Below are positions 12,860 through 23,550 of a stretch of 64,000 nucleotides of DNA, piece after piece. Origin of the DNA: Octopus sinensis (Eukaryota); the NCBI RefSeq assembly GCF_006345805.1, contig NC_043000.1, positions 139,004,001 through 139,068,000 of the forward strand, in the 5' to 3' direction. Under the pieces are notes generated by a model that was not told where the DNA came from, did not search any database, and saw only the letters and a program-made list of their open reading frames with translations. Within the stretch, counting starts at the first letter, position 1. Each line of letters starts with the position of its first letter. The translations under genes were made by a program, and so were the position numbers.

Positions 12860-13255
12860 TTTTCTTGTTGTGGTAAACCAGAGTAATCAAAATTGCATGG
12901 AATGACCATACGTTGAGAACATTCCACTGAACTTGGCGTCAGTAAATCGATTGGTAAGGTGTATTTTGCATGAAGGCCTGCATTTCTACCTGTACAAATT
13001 GGTCATTAGGTAATGGTTAAAACCATGAGACTATGAACAGAGCAATGTTGGAGAGAGTGGAGGCCAACTTCCAAGAACACCTTCTGAAATGCATCAATGA
13101 AAACGGACACCACATAATAGATGTAGTTTTCCACACTTGATTTTGACAAATGTTAATTCAATACGGACATATTGATGTCAATAAAATTTATTTGCAGTTA
13201 AAATGAGTGATTTTGTGAACGTTTCAAAAACGTCCGCCTTCTCTGCCGCACTCTC
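12860..13255 (+). mobile_element. Internally deleted, decayed Tc1/mariner-superfamily remnant
   Basis: Reads LHFYLYKLVI and MLERVEANFQEHLLKCINENGHHIIDVVFHT*, resembling Tc1-like transposase segments. Confidence 0.55.
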
Positions 13256-14902
13256 TTCTTGGAATTTCAAATAGAACCCATTCAGGTCACAGGAAAAAAC
13301 TGGTCTCCTTCCATCGTTAATGATAGGGATATACTCATTTACTAATTCTTCTCCAAGTTGTGATGTTACTTGTTTATTTTACATGAAGCAAAGTATATAG
13401 AATTCTTTGACATGGATGAGGCATTACTCTAACAACATGTGCCTCTTGAACCGAACCCACTACTACCACCACCACAATCGCATCTTCATCTTCATCGTCA
13501 TCATTTAGTATTTATTTTTCATGCTGGATGCTTTTGACAGGATCTTGGAATCCACAGAGTAGCATCAAGCTCTAATGTCAGCTTTAACATGATTTTTTTA
13601 TGGCTGGATGCCCTTCCTAATGCCAACCCTATTTACAGTGTGTGCTGAGTGTTTTTCATAGGTCTCTGGCGCTAGTGGGGTTGCTAAGTAACTTGCAAGA
13701 TAAGAAAAGAACAAGAAAAGGAAAAAAAGCTACCTCGACCAAATGATGGGAAGTATTTGAGAGGAGGAGGTGGCTGCATGCCAGTTGCTGGGAGGCTAAA
13801 GCATGATAGAGGGACAAGCACAAGTGTTTTACAATAGAAAAGATACATAGCTATCCTGCATTATATAAGAGTGGGTGTGAGTAGCTGGGAAGAAGATAAG
13901 ATAGTAGTGATGAAGTGCATGAGCAGAGAGGTGAACATAAAAGAAAATACATAGACTGGGTCAGGAGGAGGAAGGAATTGGGGATTTGAATTACTTTTGC
14001 TGCAATCCTTATATGTATAACTCTGATTCGTAAATCTTGGGATCGAAATTATGCCTTCCAGGTAAATTGCAATAGTGAACACTTAGCATTTACAGTCTAT
14101 TTTCCCTATACTGTTGTCTCAATGGACAATTAGGTGATGAAAATTGTAAGAAAATTTGAAGTTACTGGTTATCAGTTAACTGATTAAATCTTAATAAGAG
14201 CTACGAATTTCAGCTTGTTTGATTGCATCAATATCTGGATATAAGCTTGCACATTTTACGTAAGGAAATGAATGTTTCATCTACTTAGAGGTTGTAATTT
14301 AATCATGTGTGCTCCCTTAAAAGCTGGAATACTGTCCCAAGATTATCATTTCCGTTTGTAGAGTTGATCATTCAGTTATCTCTCATGCTTTGATTTTTTT
14401 TTTAATATACCCACTGAAACTGATTGTCATAGTCTGATGCAAAATATCCCAGTTTTTAGAATATTCATTTGTAATTAAGAGTAAGAAAGTTTAACATTTC
14501 AAACGAAAAGATATTCCAGTAGTGATTAAGTTAGTTAATTTATTAAATCCTTGCAAATTCTTGATTAAAAAAAAATAATAATAATTGAAATCGATTGTTT
14601 CATTAGAGTTATTGTCATGAACTGATGAAATATTATGATATGGGGATAAACCTATACCAAGGCAATTTCGAAAATCTCAGTATTTTGCATTCTGGATTTA
14701 AGTCCTTACAAGGCACAACTTTTTGTTTCCTCACTTCAAGGTCAATAAAGTGGATAACAAGTTATATCCTGGAGTCAGTCAACATTCCTACAATATGCAT
14801 CCTTGATGTGAATGAAATTGTGATAGAATTATGATGTCTGAAAATCTGATTGCCATGGGATAAAGGGATAAATAACCACTCCAAACAGATTCTCTGATTT
14901 TA

Positions 14903-15460
14903 TTGGGTTGTCCGGAAAGTTTGTGCCAACATATAGTGGCTTACCTTTTGACCTATTTTAGAACATGGTTGTCCATAAAATAGGATTTAACTAAACCTCC
15001 ATTTAGAGCACAGTTTAAGCTATGTTTTCATGGAAGAAGGTTTATGTTCCTATACCTGTGTTAATTCAGTAACCCTTTAAAATGGAAGATTAGAAAGTTT
15101 ATTTTTGGCACTTGATGCTTTGGGAACCAGACAAAAATTGCTGCAGCTCGCCTGGGATGTGTTACCTCACTCTTCATATTCACCAGATATTGCTCCTTCG
15201 GATTTCCACTTATTCAGGTCTCTGCAGAATAGTCTTAATGGTAGAAATTTCAATTCTTTGGATGACATAGATACCTTGATGAATTCTTTGCCATGAAACC
15301 ACCTCACTTTTGGGAAGAGGGTATTTTCAAGTTAAAGGAAAGATGGAGACGCATTGTGCAACAAAATGGTTATATTTGGTTGATTAAAAATGTCATGGCA
15401 AGTATTTATTGACCTTTTCCTTCCCTTTAAAAATCGGCATGAACTTTCCAGACAACCCAA
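14903..15460 (+). mobile_element. Non-autonomous mariner with TIRs
   Basis: TA|TTGGGTTGTCCGGAAAGT...ACTTTCCAGACAACCCAA|TA; peptide WDVLPHSSYSPDIAPSDFHLFRSLQN (mariner YSPDLAPSD motif). Confidence 0.92.
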
Positions 15461-16234
15461 TACATACAAATTCCATAAAAACCCTGCAAGTTTGCAATAT
15501 TGTTTTAAGTAAAACCTTTAGCCTATTCAAACTATAATTATAAACCTTTTTTTGATCTATTCAACCAGTCACCATTTTTTTAAAATTCATGTCTGAAAGA
15601 AGGGGATATTGCCATGTTCTTTGCAGGCCTTCCAAGACTGTTGAGCTTGATACTGTCAATATTCTGTATAAATTGTTGCAGATCAACACCAACAAAAATA
15701 ATATGAGTCAAGTGAAGGGATCAATTAAAAAGAGAATAGACTTGGCATAATGGTAAGCAGAGATCAGTGGAGTTTATGCACCAAGAGCAATGCGGTGGAA
15801 AGACAGGTGAATCAGGGCAACCAAGTGGTGGGAATATGAAACCAGTCAGCTCTGATGAATAGATACTATGGCAGTAGAAATTGAAAATGCAAAGAGGAAA
15901 CAGCAAGCTTGTTAATGATTGAATACCAATTGGTCAAGTTAGCCTTCTCTGAATGTACTCCAGGATACCTGTGTGCATAATATCAGCTCTGTCCTACATG
16001 TGAGAGCATTATTTTGTTTGTGGACAATGCTTAAGTTTTGTAGAGAATCAGCAGTTACTAGCAGCAAAAATGCTTGATATCTGCTGAAAAATTTTGTCCC
16101 CAAAGAAGAAATCAATCTGAATGATTGACATCAGACGCCAAAAAAGATGTTTTAAATTTTAGGATTTAAAAATAAAAATAAGCAGTTAGGTGAAGGAGTT
16201 GAGTCTGATTAAATTTTAAGTCAGATAATATACA

Positions 16235-16450
16235 CTTTACTCTCTTTTACTCTTTTACTTGTTTCAGTCATTTGACTGCGGCCATGCTGGAGCACCGCCT
16301 TTAGTCGAGCAAATCGACCCCGGGACTTATTCTTTGTAAGCCCAGTACTTATTCTATCGGTCTCTTTTGCCGAACCACTAAGTGACGGAGACGTAAACAC
16401 ACCAGCATCGGTTGTCAAGCAATGCTAGGGGGACAAACACAGACACACGA

Positions 16451-16493
<43 letters not shown>

Positions 16494-16656
16494 CGACAGG
16501 CTTCTTTCAGTTTTTGTCTACCAAATCCACTCACAAGGCATTGGTCGGCCCGGGGCTATAGCAGAAGACACTTGCCCAAGATGCCACGCAGTGGGACTGA
16601 ACCTGGAACCATGTGGTTGGTTAGCAAGCTACTTACCACACAGCCACTCCTGCGCC
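16235..16656 (-). mobile_element. SINE family A, full length, young
   Basis: tRNA-like head with A/B-box-like motifs, internal microsatellite, tail GGCGGTGCTCCAGCATGGCCGCAG..(AGTAAAAG)n. Confidence 0.93.
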
Positions 16657-16787
16657 TGTTTATTAAAAAAGTGTTGTGAAATATTTTGAGTCACTTTCAT
16701 GTACCTTATAGTACACATTGGTCAAAAATGAACAACCAGTAAATTGCAATATAATTAGATATACAGCTATTCTTTGAATACCAAAGA

Positions 16788-16789
<2 letters not shown>

Positions 16790-16819
<30 letters not shown>

Positions 16820-17070
16820 TGTCGTCGTCGTCGTCGTCATCGTTGTCATCATCATCGTTTAATATCTGTCTTCCATGCTAGCATTGGTTTGATGGCTTGA
16901 CAGGAGCTGGCCAAGCAAAAGACCTGCATTAGACTCCGTGTCTGCTTTTGGCACAATTTTTATGGCTGGATCCCTTCATAACACTAATCATCCCACAGAA
17001 TGGATTGAGTACTTTTTACATGGCACCAGCACAGGTGAGGTCAGTTTTGGCATAGTTTTTAACAACTAGA
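16790..17070 (-). mobile_element. RTE-tail repeat (family C), diverged
   Basis: (CAT)n plus decayed CCATGCTAGCAT and GGCTGGAT motifs. Confidence 0.7.
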
Positions 17071-17265
17071 TGCCATTACCAAATAAGATACTTCTCCCTA
17101 ACTGTTTCTTGTAAGAACACAAAAGATGAAATCAATTGGTGTGAACAAAATGTTTAAAATCTCAAAAGGTCTTTAAAATTTAGTAATGCTATTTCAACCA
17201 GTAGTCGATTGACTGGAAATTTAGACAAGAATTTTGACAAGAATTTTGACTGGAATTTTAGACAA

Positions 17266-17428
17266 GGCGCAGGCGTGGCTGTATGGTAAGTAGCTAGCTA
17301 ACCAACCACATGGTTCCGGGTTCAGTCCCACTGCGTGGCATCTTGGGCAAGTGTCTTCTGCTATAGCCCCGGGCTGACCAATGCCTTGTGAGTGGATTTG
17401 GTAGACAGAAACTGAAAGAAGCCTGTCG

Positions 17429-17465
<37 letters not shown>

Positions 17466-17682
17466 GTGTGTGTTTGTGTGTCTGTGTTTGTCCCCCAACA
17501 TCGCTTGACAACCGATGCTGGTGTGTTTATGTCCCCGTCACTTAGCGGTTCGGCAAAAGAGACTGATAGAATAAGTACTGGGCTTACAAAGAATAAGTCC
17601 CGGGGTCGATTTGCTCGACTAAAGGCGGTGCTCCAGCATGGCCGCAGTCAAATGACTGAAACAAGTAAAAGAGTAAAAGAGA
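17266..17682 (+). mobile_element. SINE family A, full length, young
   Basis: GGCGCAGGCGTGGCTGTATGGTAAG...GGTTCAGTCCC...tail as above. Confidence 0.93.
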
Positions 17683-18108
17683 GAGTAAGAAAACTATCTA
17701 TCTCAACATGTGTGTTTCATAATGTGATGTATAGGATGCAACACAGCCTGGCTCATAACACTGCGCATAATTTAAGTGGGACTCTATTAATGAGATATTA
17801 AATATATCAATGAAGATTTATCATGTTAGAATCAGTAAATGTTCAATACTTCATGAAGGTATAAAGTTAATATTTAATCTAATATAAACAATAAATTAAA
17901 ATGTGTTTTTACTCTTGTATATGGTGTATCATATGTTTATCATATATCATGTATATAAATATGTGTGTATGTATATGTGTGTGTACATATATATATATAC
18001 ACACACGCAAACATATATATATATATGTGCATATATGTATATGTATATATATTTATGTGCATATATGTATATGTATATATATATTTATGAAGGTTACGGA
18101 GAGGGTCA

Positions 18109-19504
18109 ATGAAGGTTACGGAGAGGGTCATAGCCCAACTAATTAGAGAGAGAGTTAGTTTAGATGAGATGCAGTTTGGGTTCGTGCCAGGGAAAAGTAC
18201 CACTGATGCTATATTCCTGGTAAGGCAGCTGCAGGAGAAATACCTAGCCAAAGATAAGCCCCTGTACCTGGCTTTCGTTGACATGGAGAAAGCTTTTGAT
18301 AGGGTCCCCCGATCCCTTGTCTGGTGGTCAATGAGGAAACTAGGGATAGATGAATGGCTGGTGAGGACTGTGCAAGCCATGTACAGAGATGCCGTAAGTA
18401 AGGTTAGGGTTGGCAACATGTACACAGAAGAATTCAAAGTAGAGGTTGGGGTCCACCAGGGTTCAGTACTCACCCCCTCCTATTTATCATAGTACTCCAG
18501 GCAATTACGGAGGAATTCAAGACAGCTGTCCCTGGGAGCTCCTCTACGCTGACGACCTTGCTCTTATTGCTGAGTCACTATCAAACTGGAGGAGAAGTTC
18601 CAGGTGTGGAAGGAGGGTTTAGAATCAAGGGGCCTTAGAGTCAACCTAGCTAAAACCAAAGTACTAATAAGTAGAAAGGTAGACAATCCACAAATATCTT
18701 CAGGAAGATGGCCCTGCTCGATCTGTAGAAAAGGTGTAGGTAGAAACTCTATAAGATGTACCCAGTGTAAGCTATGGACACATAAGAGGTGCAGCAATGT
18801 CAAAGGTAGGCTAACTGGGAAGATAGTTTTGTGTATGTGGCAGATGCTCGGGAGCATTAACCTCCGAAAATCTGCAGAAAACAACTTCCGTCACTTTCCA
18901 GGGGGAAAAAACAAGAAGTAGTTGATAGCTTCCGTTATCTAGGTGACCAAGTCAGTAGTGGGGGTGGGTGCGCGCTGAAAGTGTAACTGCTAGAATAAGA
19001 ATAGCCTGGGCAAAGTTTAGGGAGCTCTTACCTCTGCTGGTGACTAAAGGCCTCTCGCTCAGAGTAAAAGGCAGACTATATGATGCGTGTGTACGAACAG
19101 CCATGCTACATGGCAGCGAAACATGGGCCGTGACTGCTGAGGACATGCGTAAGCTCGTGAGGAATGAAGCCAGTATGCTCCGATGGATGTGTAATGTCAG
19201 TGTACATACTCGACAGAGCGTTAGCACCTTGAGAGAAATGTTGTACCTAAGAAGCATCAGTTGTGGTGTGCAAGAGAGACGATTGCGCTGGTATGGTCAT
19301 GTGGCGAGAATGGATGAAGATAGGTGTGTGAGAAAGTGCCAATCCCTGGCAGTTGAGGGAACCCGTGGAAGAGGTAGACCCAGGAAAACCTGGGACGAGG
19401 TGGTGAAGCACGACCTTCGAACTTTAGGCCTCACTGAGGAAATGACCGGAGACCGAGACCTTTGGAAATATTCTGTACATGAGAAGACCAGGCAGGACAA
19501 GTGA
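18109..19504 (+). pseudogene. RTE reverse transcriptase (frameshifted) with embedded PHD finger
   Basis: QFGFVPGKSTTDAIF, FVDMEKAFDRV, GVHQGSVL, LLYADD (~18540), FRYLG, YGSETW-like HGSETW, RLRWYGHVARM, RGRGRPRKTW. Confidence 0.92.
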
Positions 19505-19596
19505 GCCCAGCCCACTTATGAATGCCTTTCCTCCCTTGGACACAAAGACCGGTTGAGGCAAGCGAAGTCGATATAGAACCTCATCCGACGACAGAC

Positions 19597-20040
19597 ACCC
19601 ATGCCAACCCCCCATGCTTGCGAAGACATGTTGGGGCAAGCGAAATCGAAATCGAAACCGAATTGAACCAGCCAGGATCCTTGGCCTGGTGGTACGTAAA
19701 AAGCACTATCCGACTCGTGGCCGTGGCACGTAAAATACTCCAATGCGACCGTACGACAGGCACCATGCCAACCCCCTTTGCTTGTGAAGACATGTTGGGG
19801 CAAGTGAAATCGAAATCGAATTGAACCAGCCAGGATCCCTGGTCTGGTGGTACGTAAAAAGCACTATCCGACTCGTGGCCGTGGCACGTAAAATACTCCA
19901 ATGCGACCGTACGACAGGCACCCATGCCAACCCCCTTTGCTTGTGAGGACATGTTGGGGCAAGTGAAATCGAAATCGAATTGAACCAGCCAGGATCCCTG
20001 GTCTGGTAGTACGTAAAAAGCACTATCCGACTCGTGGCCG
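19597..20040 (+). repeat. ~160-bp tandem repeat (about 2.7 copies) in RTE 3' UTR
   Basis: Units start near 19597, 19761, 19920 (CCATGCCAACCCCC...). Confidence 0.9.
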
Positions 20041-20366
20041 ATGCCAGCACCGCCTCGACTGGCTTCCGTGCCGGTGGCACATAAAATACACCAATCTGAC
20101 CGTGGCCATTGCCAGCCCCGCCTGGCACCTGTGCAGGTGGCACGTAAAAAGCACCCACTACACTCACGGAGTGGTTGGCGTTAGGAAGGGCATCCAGCTG
20201 TAGAAACATTGCCAGATTAGACTGGAGCCTGGTGCAGCCTTCTGGCTTCCCAGAACCCCGGTCGAACCGTCCAACCCATGCTAGCATGGAGAACGGACGT
20301 TAAACGACGATGATGATGATGATGATTTATATGCATATATATATATGTATATATATATTTATATGC

Positions 20367-20411
<45 letters not shown>

Positions 20412-20859
20412 TAGATAGATAGATGATAGATAGATAGATATAGATATATATATATACATACACGCATGCATTTATATGTATCGTGTTATTTGTGTGTGTG
20501 TATATGTATCTATATATGCCTGTGTGTATGTGTATGTATTGTGTTAAAATATATTTTTCACTTATTTTTCTTATTTACTGATTTTTCAATTGATATGACT
20601 TCTCACTTCTTTTCGCACATAATCTCGTGTTTCTTTCTAAAATAACAGATTTTTTGAGTCACAAGATTGAAAGAAATTTTTCAGTGTCTATTGCAAAGGC
20701 TACAATTTACAAATTTTCTTATAGAAAACAATTAATATCAATAGAAAAAAATATATAAGAACTAAATATGCATTTTATTGTGTTGTGTCAAAAGATTTGC
20801 AATATTTTCAAAACTTATTTGCTTTATTCATCAAGTTACAACTAAAGCAGCCTAGCATT

Positions 20860-21470
20860 CAATTTAGAAGCCATTGTGTGGCATCGTCTGAAAAAACCTT
20901 TCTGCTATTTTTTTATCCTTCACTGATAACAATCCTTGTTCTTCGAGGCCAAGAACTCCTTCATTAAATCTTTCACTTCCTCTTGGTTGATCAAGCATCT
21001 CAAGTGTGGGAAGTCAGCCATGGATTGGAACAAGTATTATAATCCGAAGAAGATTGTTTTCTACACTCCTAAAGTGCGTAAGCAGTGGTCAAGCAATTGA
21101 CAGCTTCTGAAACCTGTTTCCAAGCATGGGCGTTTCAAACACAGCATGATACTCTTTGTCTGGTAGAATTATAAAAGGATAATTGACTATGAGTTTTGTT
21201 TCTTACTGTTGAACCATCGATACTAACCTGTACTCTTAACAGCCTGGAGTGTATATAGGCTATTGTGCGACAAAAATTCTCAGTATTCGTTAAAAGAGAG
21301 CTTTTCTGCAGCATGACAGACAGCATAAGACTTCATACTGCTCGAACAACCCAGAATAAACTTCAGGAGCTTGAAGGAATTGAACTGATGGTACACCTAC
21401 CATATAGTTCAGACCTAGCTTCTTTGGATCATTACTTGTTCTCATCCATAGCTCACTCCTATACACATTA
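20860..21470. mobile_element. Decayed mariner transposase fragments in opposite orientations
   Basis: Plus 21270-21470 HTARTT..HLPYSSDLASLDHYLF; minus 20860-21060 YLFQSMAD..MKEFLASK. Confidence 0.7.
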
Positions 21471-21484
21471 AAGTAACACATTCA

Positions 21485-21668
21485 AGGCACTCATGCTGGT
21501 GACATGTAAAAAGGCACCCAGTACACTCTGTAGAGTAGGTGGCCTTAGGAAGGGCATCCAGCTGTAGAAACCAATCCCAAACAGATGGGAGTCTGATGCA
21601 GCCATCTGGCTTGCCAGTTCTTATCAAACCATCTAACCCATGGAAAACAGATGCTCAATGATGATGAT
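21485..21668 (+). mobile_element. RTE-tail repeat (family C)
   Basis: AGGAAGGGCATCCAGCTGTAGAAAC and (GAT)n. Confidence 0.8.
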
Positions 21669-21875
21669 TGCTGACAAATTTTTCTTTTTTATCCCATTTC
21701 TGCTGTTCTATCAGCATTTCTTTGTTTGAGAATAACTCATTTCTTTATCTGTATCTTACAAGACATCTCAATGCTTCTAAAAACAAACATTAGTTTGTTT
21801 ACATTAATATCTGTGTGTGTGTGTGTGTGTGTGCAGGTATGTGTGTGTTTATGTATGTATGCATGTATATATGTA

Positions 21876-21903
21876 TTAGCTCAGTCGGTAGAGCATTAGA
21901 CTT
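21876..21903 (+). pseudogene. tRNA-Lys-like 5' fragment (D-arm to anticodon loop)
   Basis: TTAGCTCAGTCGGTAGAGCATTAGACTT resembles eukaryotic tRNA-Lys positions ~7-35. Confidence 0.7.
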
Positions 21904-22135
21904 AGGCGGCGAGCTGGCAGACACGTTAGCGCGCCGGGCGAAATGCTTAGCGGTATTTTGTCTGTTGTTACGTTCTGAGTTCAAATTCCGCCGAGGTCAA
22001 CTTTGCCTTTCATCCTTTCGGGGTCGATAAATAAAGTACCAGTTTCGCACTGGGGATGATATAATCGACTCAATCCCTTCGTCTGTCCTTGTTTGTCCCC
22101 TCTATGTTTAGCCCCTTCTGGGCAGCAAAGAAATA
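21904..22135 (+). mobile_element. SINE family B, full length
   Basis: Head, central domain, tail. Confidence 0.92.
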
Positions 22136-22663
22136 TATATGCAGAATGCCACCAATATTAGGGCCAGTGGGCTAGCATATACCATCCACCACAGTACTTG
22201 GCTATTAATTTATTTACCAAGGTTGGAAGGATGAAAGCAACATTGATATCAATGGAATTCGAAGTAAGAATGGTAAACAATGGAATAAATGACATAAAGC
22301 CTTTTTTGTTCAATACCCTGATGATTCTGCTTGCTAGCTGCCTGGCAAATTTTTATCACACCAGAACTTTGGATTCATCCCATGAACAAGAGTAGATGGC
22401 AATGTGAATAAACAAGGGAAATGAAGGCTCTAGATTATTTACATTGCTACCCAAGTAATGCAATAAAGTTATTGGCATATTTAGTGTATATAGAGTGTCA
22501 AGTGTATGAATATGGTGTAAGAAATTTAGAGAACTATCAGGACATTTGACAACAAAAGATTCTTCATTTTTGCTCTCTGTCACTTTCTCTCCATGCTTCT
22601 CATACACAAATAGTATATGAAGTAATGTAAAAGGAATGATAACTTTCTTCAGTAATGGATGGA

Positions 22664-23092
22664 AGCGCAGGAGTGGTTGTGTGGTAAGTAGCTTGCTAAC
22701 CAACAACATGGTTCCGGGTTCAGTCCCACTACGTGGTATCTTGGGCAAGTGTCTTCTGCTATAGCCTTGGGCCGACCAGTGCCTTGTGAGTGGATTTGGT
22801 AGACAGAAACTGAAGGAAGCCTGTCATATATATGTGTATATACATATATATATATATATATGTATGTGTTTGTGTGTTTGTGTGTCTGTGTTTGTACCCC
22901 TAGCATTGCTTGACAACCGATGCTGGTGTGCTTACGTCCCCGTCGCTTAGCGGTTCGGCAAAAAGAGACCGATAGAATAAGTACTGGGCTTACAAAGAAT
23001 AAGTCCCGGGATCGATTTGCTCGACTAAAGGCGGTGCTCCAGCATGGCCACAGTCAAATGACTGAAACAAGTAAAAGAGCAAAGAGTAAAGA
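22664..23092 (+). mobile_element. SINE family A, full length
   Basis: Matches 17266 copy. Confidence 0.92.
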
Positions 23093-23344
23093 GAGTCTGC
23101 TGCAACAAAAGAAAAGTCAGACATGAACAGAGCTGCTTTGATGATATAAATATTAAGAAGAAAAATTAGTTGCTGGTCAAGAACATTGCATATGTACAGG
23201 AAAGAATGATATAATGCCATGAGCATGATATAAGAATGGGCAATAAACTTGGTTGTCATTGTTTATCTCCAGATCTACCCAGATCAAGCAAATCTATGAT
23301 CAAATGCTTCTCAGCTATAACCATAATTTCTTTTTAAAGATATA

Positions 23345-23516
23345 GGCGTAGGAGTGGCAGTGTGGTAAGTAGCTGGCTTACGAACCACATGGTTCCGGGT
23401 TCAGTCCCACTGCATGGCACCTTGGGCAAGTGTCTTCTACTACAGCCTCGGGCCAACCAAAGCTTTGTAAGCGGATTTGGTAGATGGAAACTGAAAGAAG
23501 CCCGTCATATATATGT

Positions 23517-23550
<34 letters not shown>

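Larger units (their letters stand above)
18088..20325 (+). mobile_element. RTE-clade LINE, 5'-truncated
   Basis: RT ORF, long 3' UTR with tandem repeats, (GAT)n tail. Confidence 0.92.

Noticed and set aside
19597-20040. Repeats resembling a CRISPR array
   Set aside because: Whole units repeat without unique spacers; inside a LINE UTR; eukaryotic context, no cas genes
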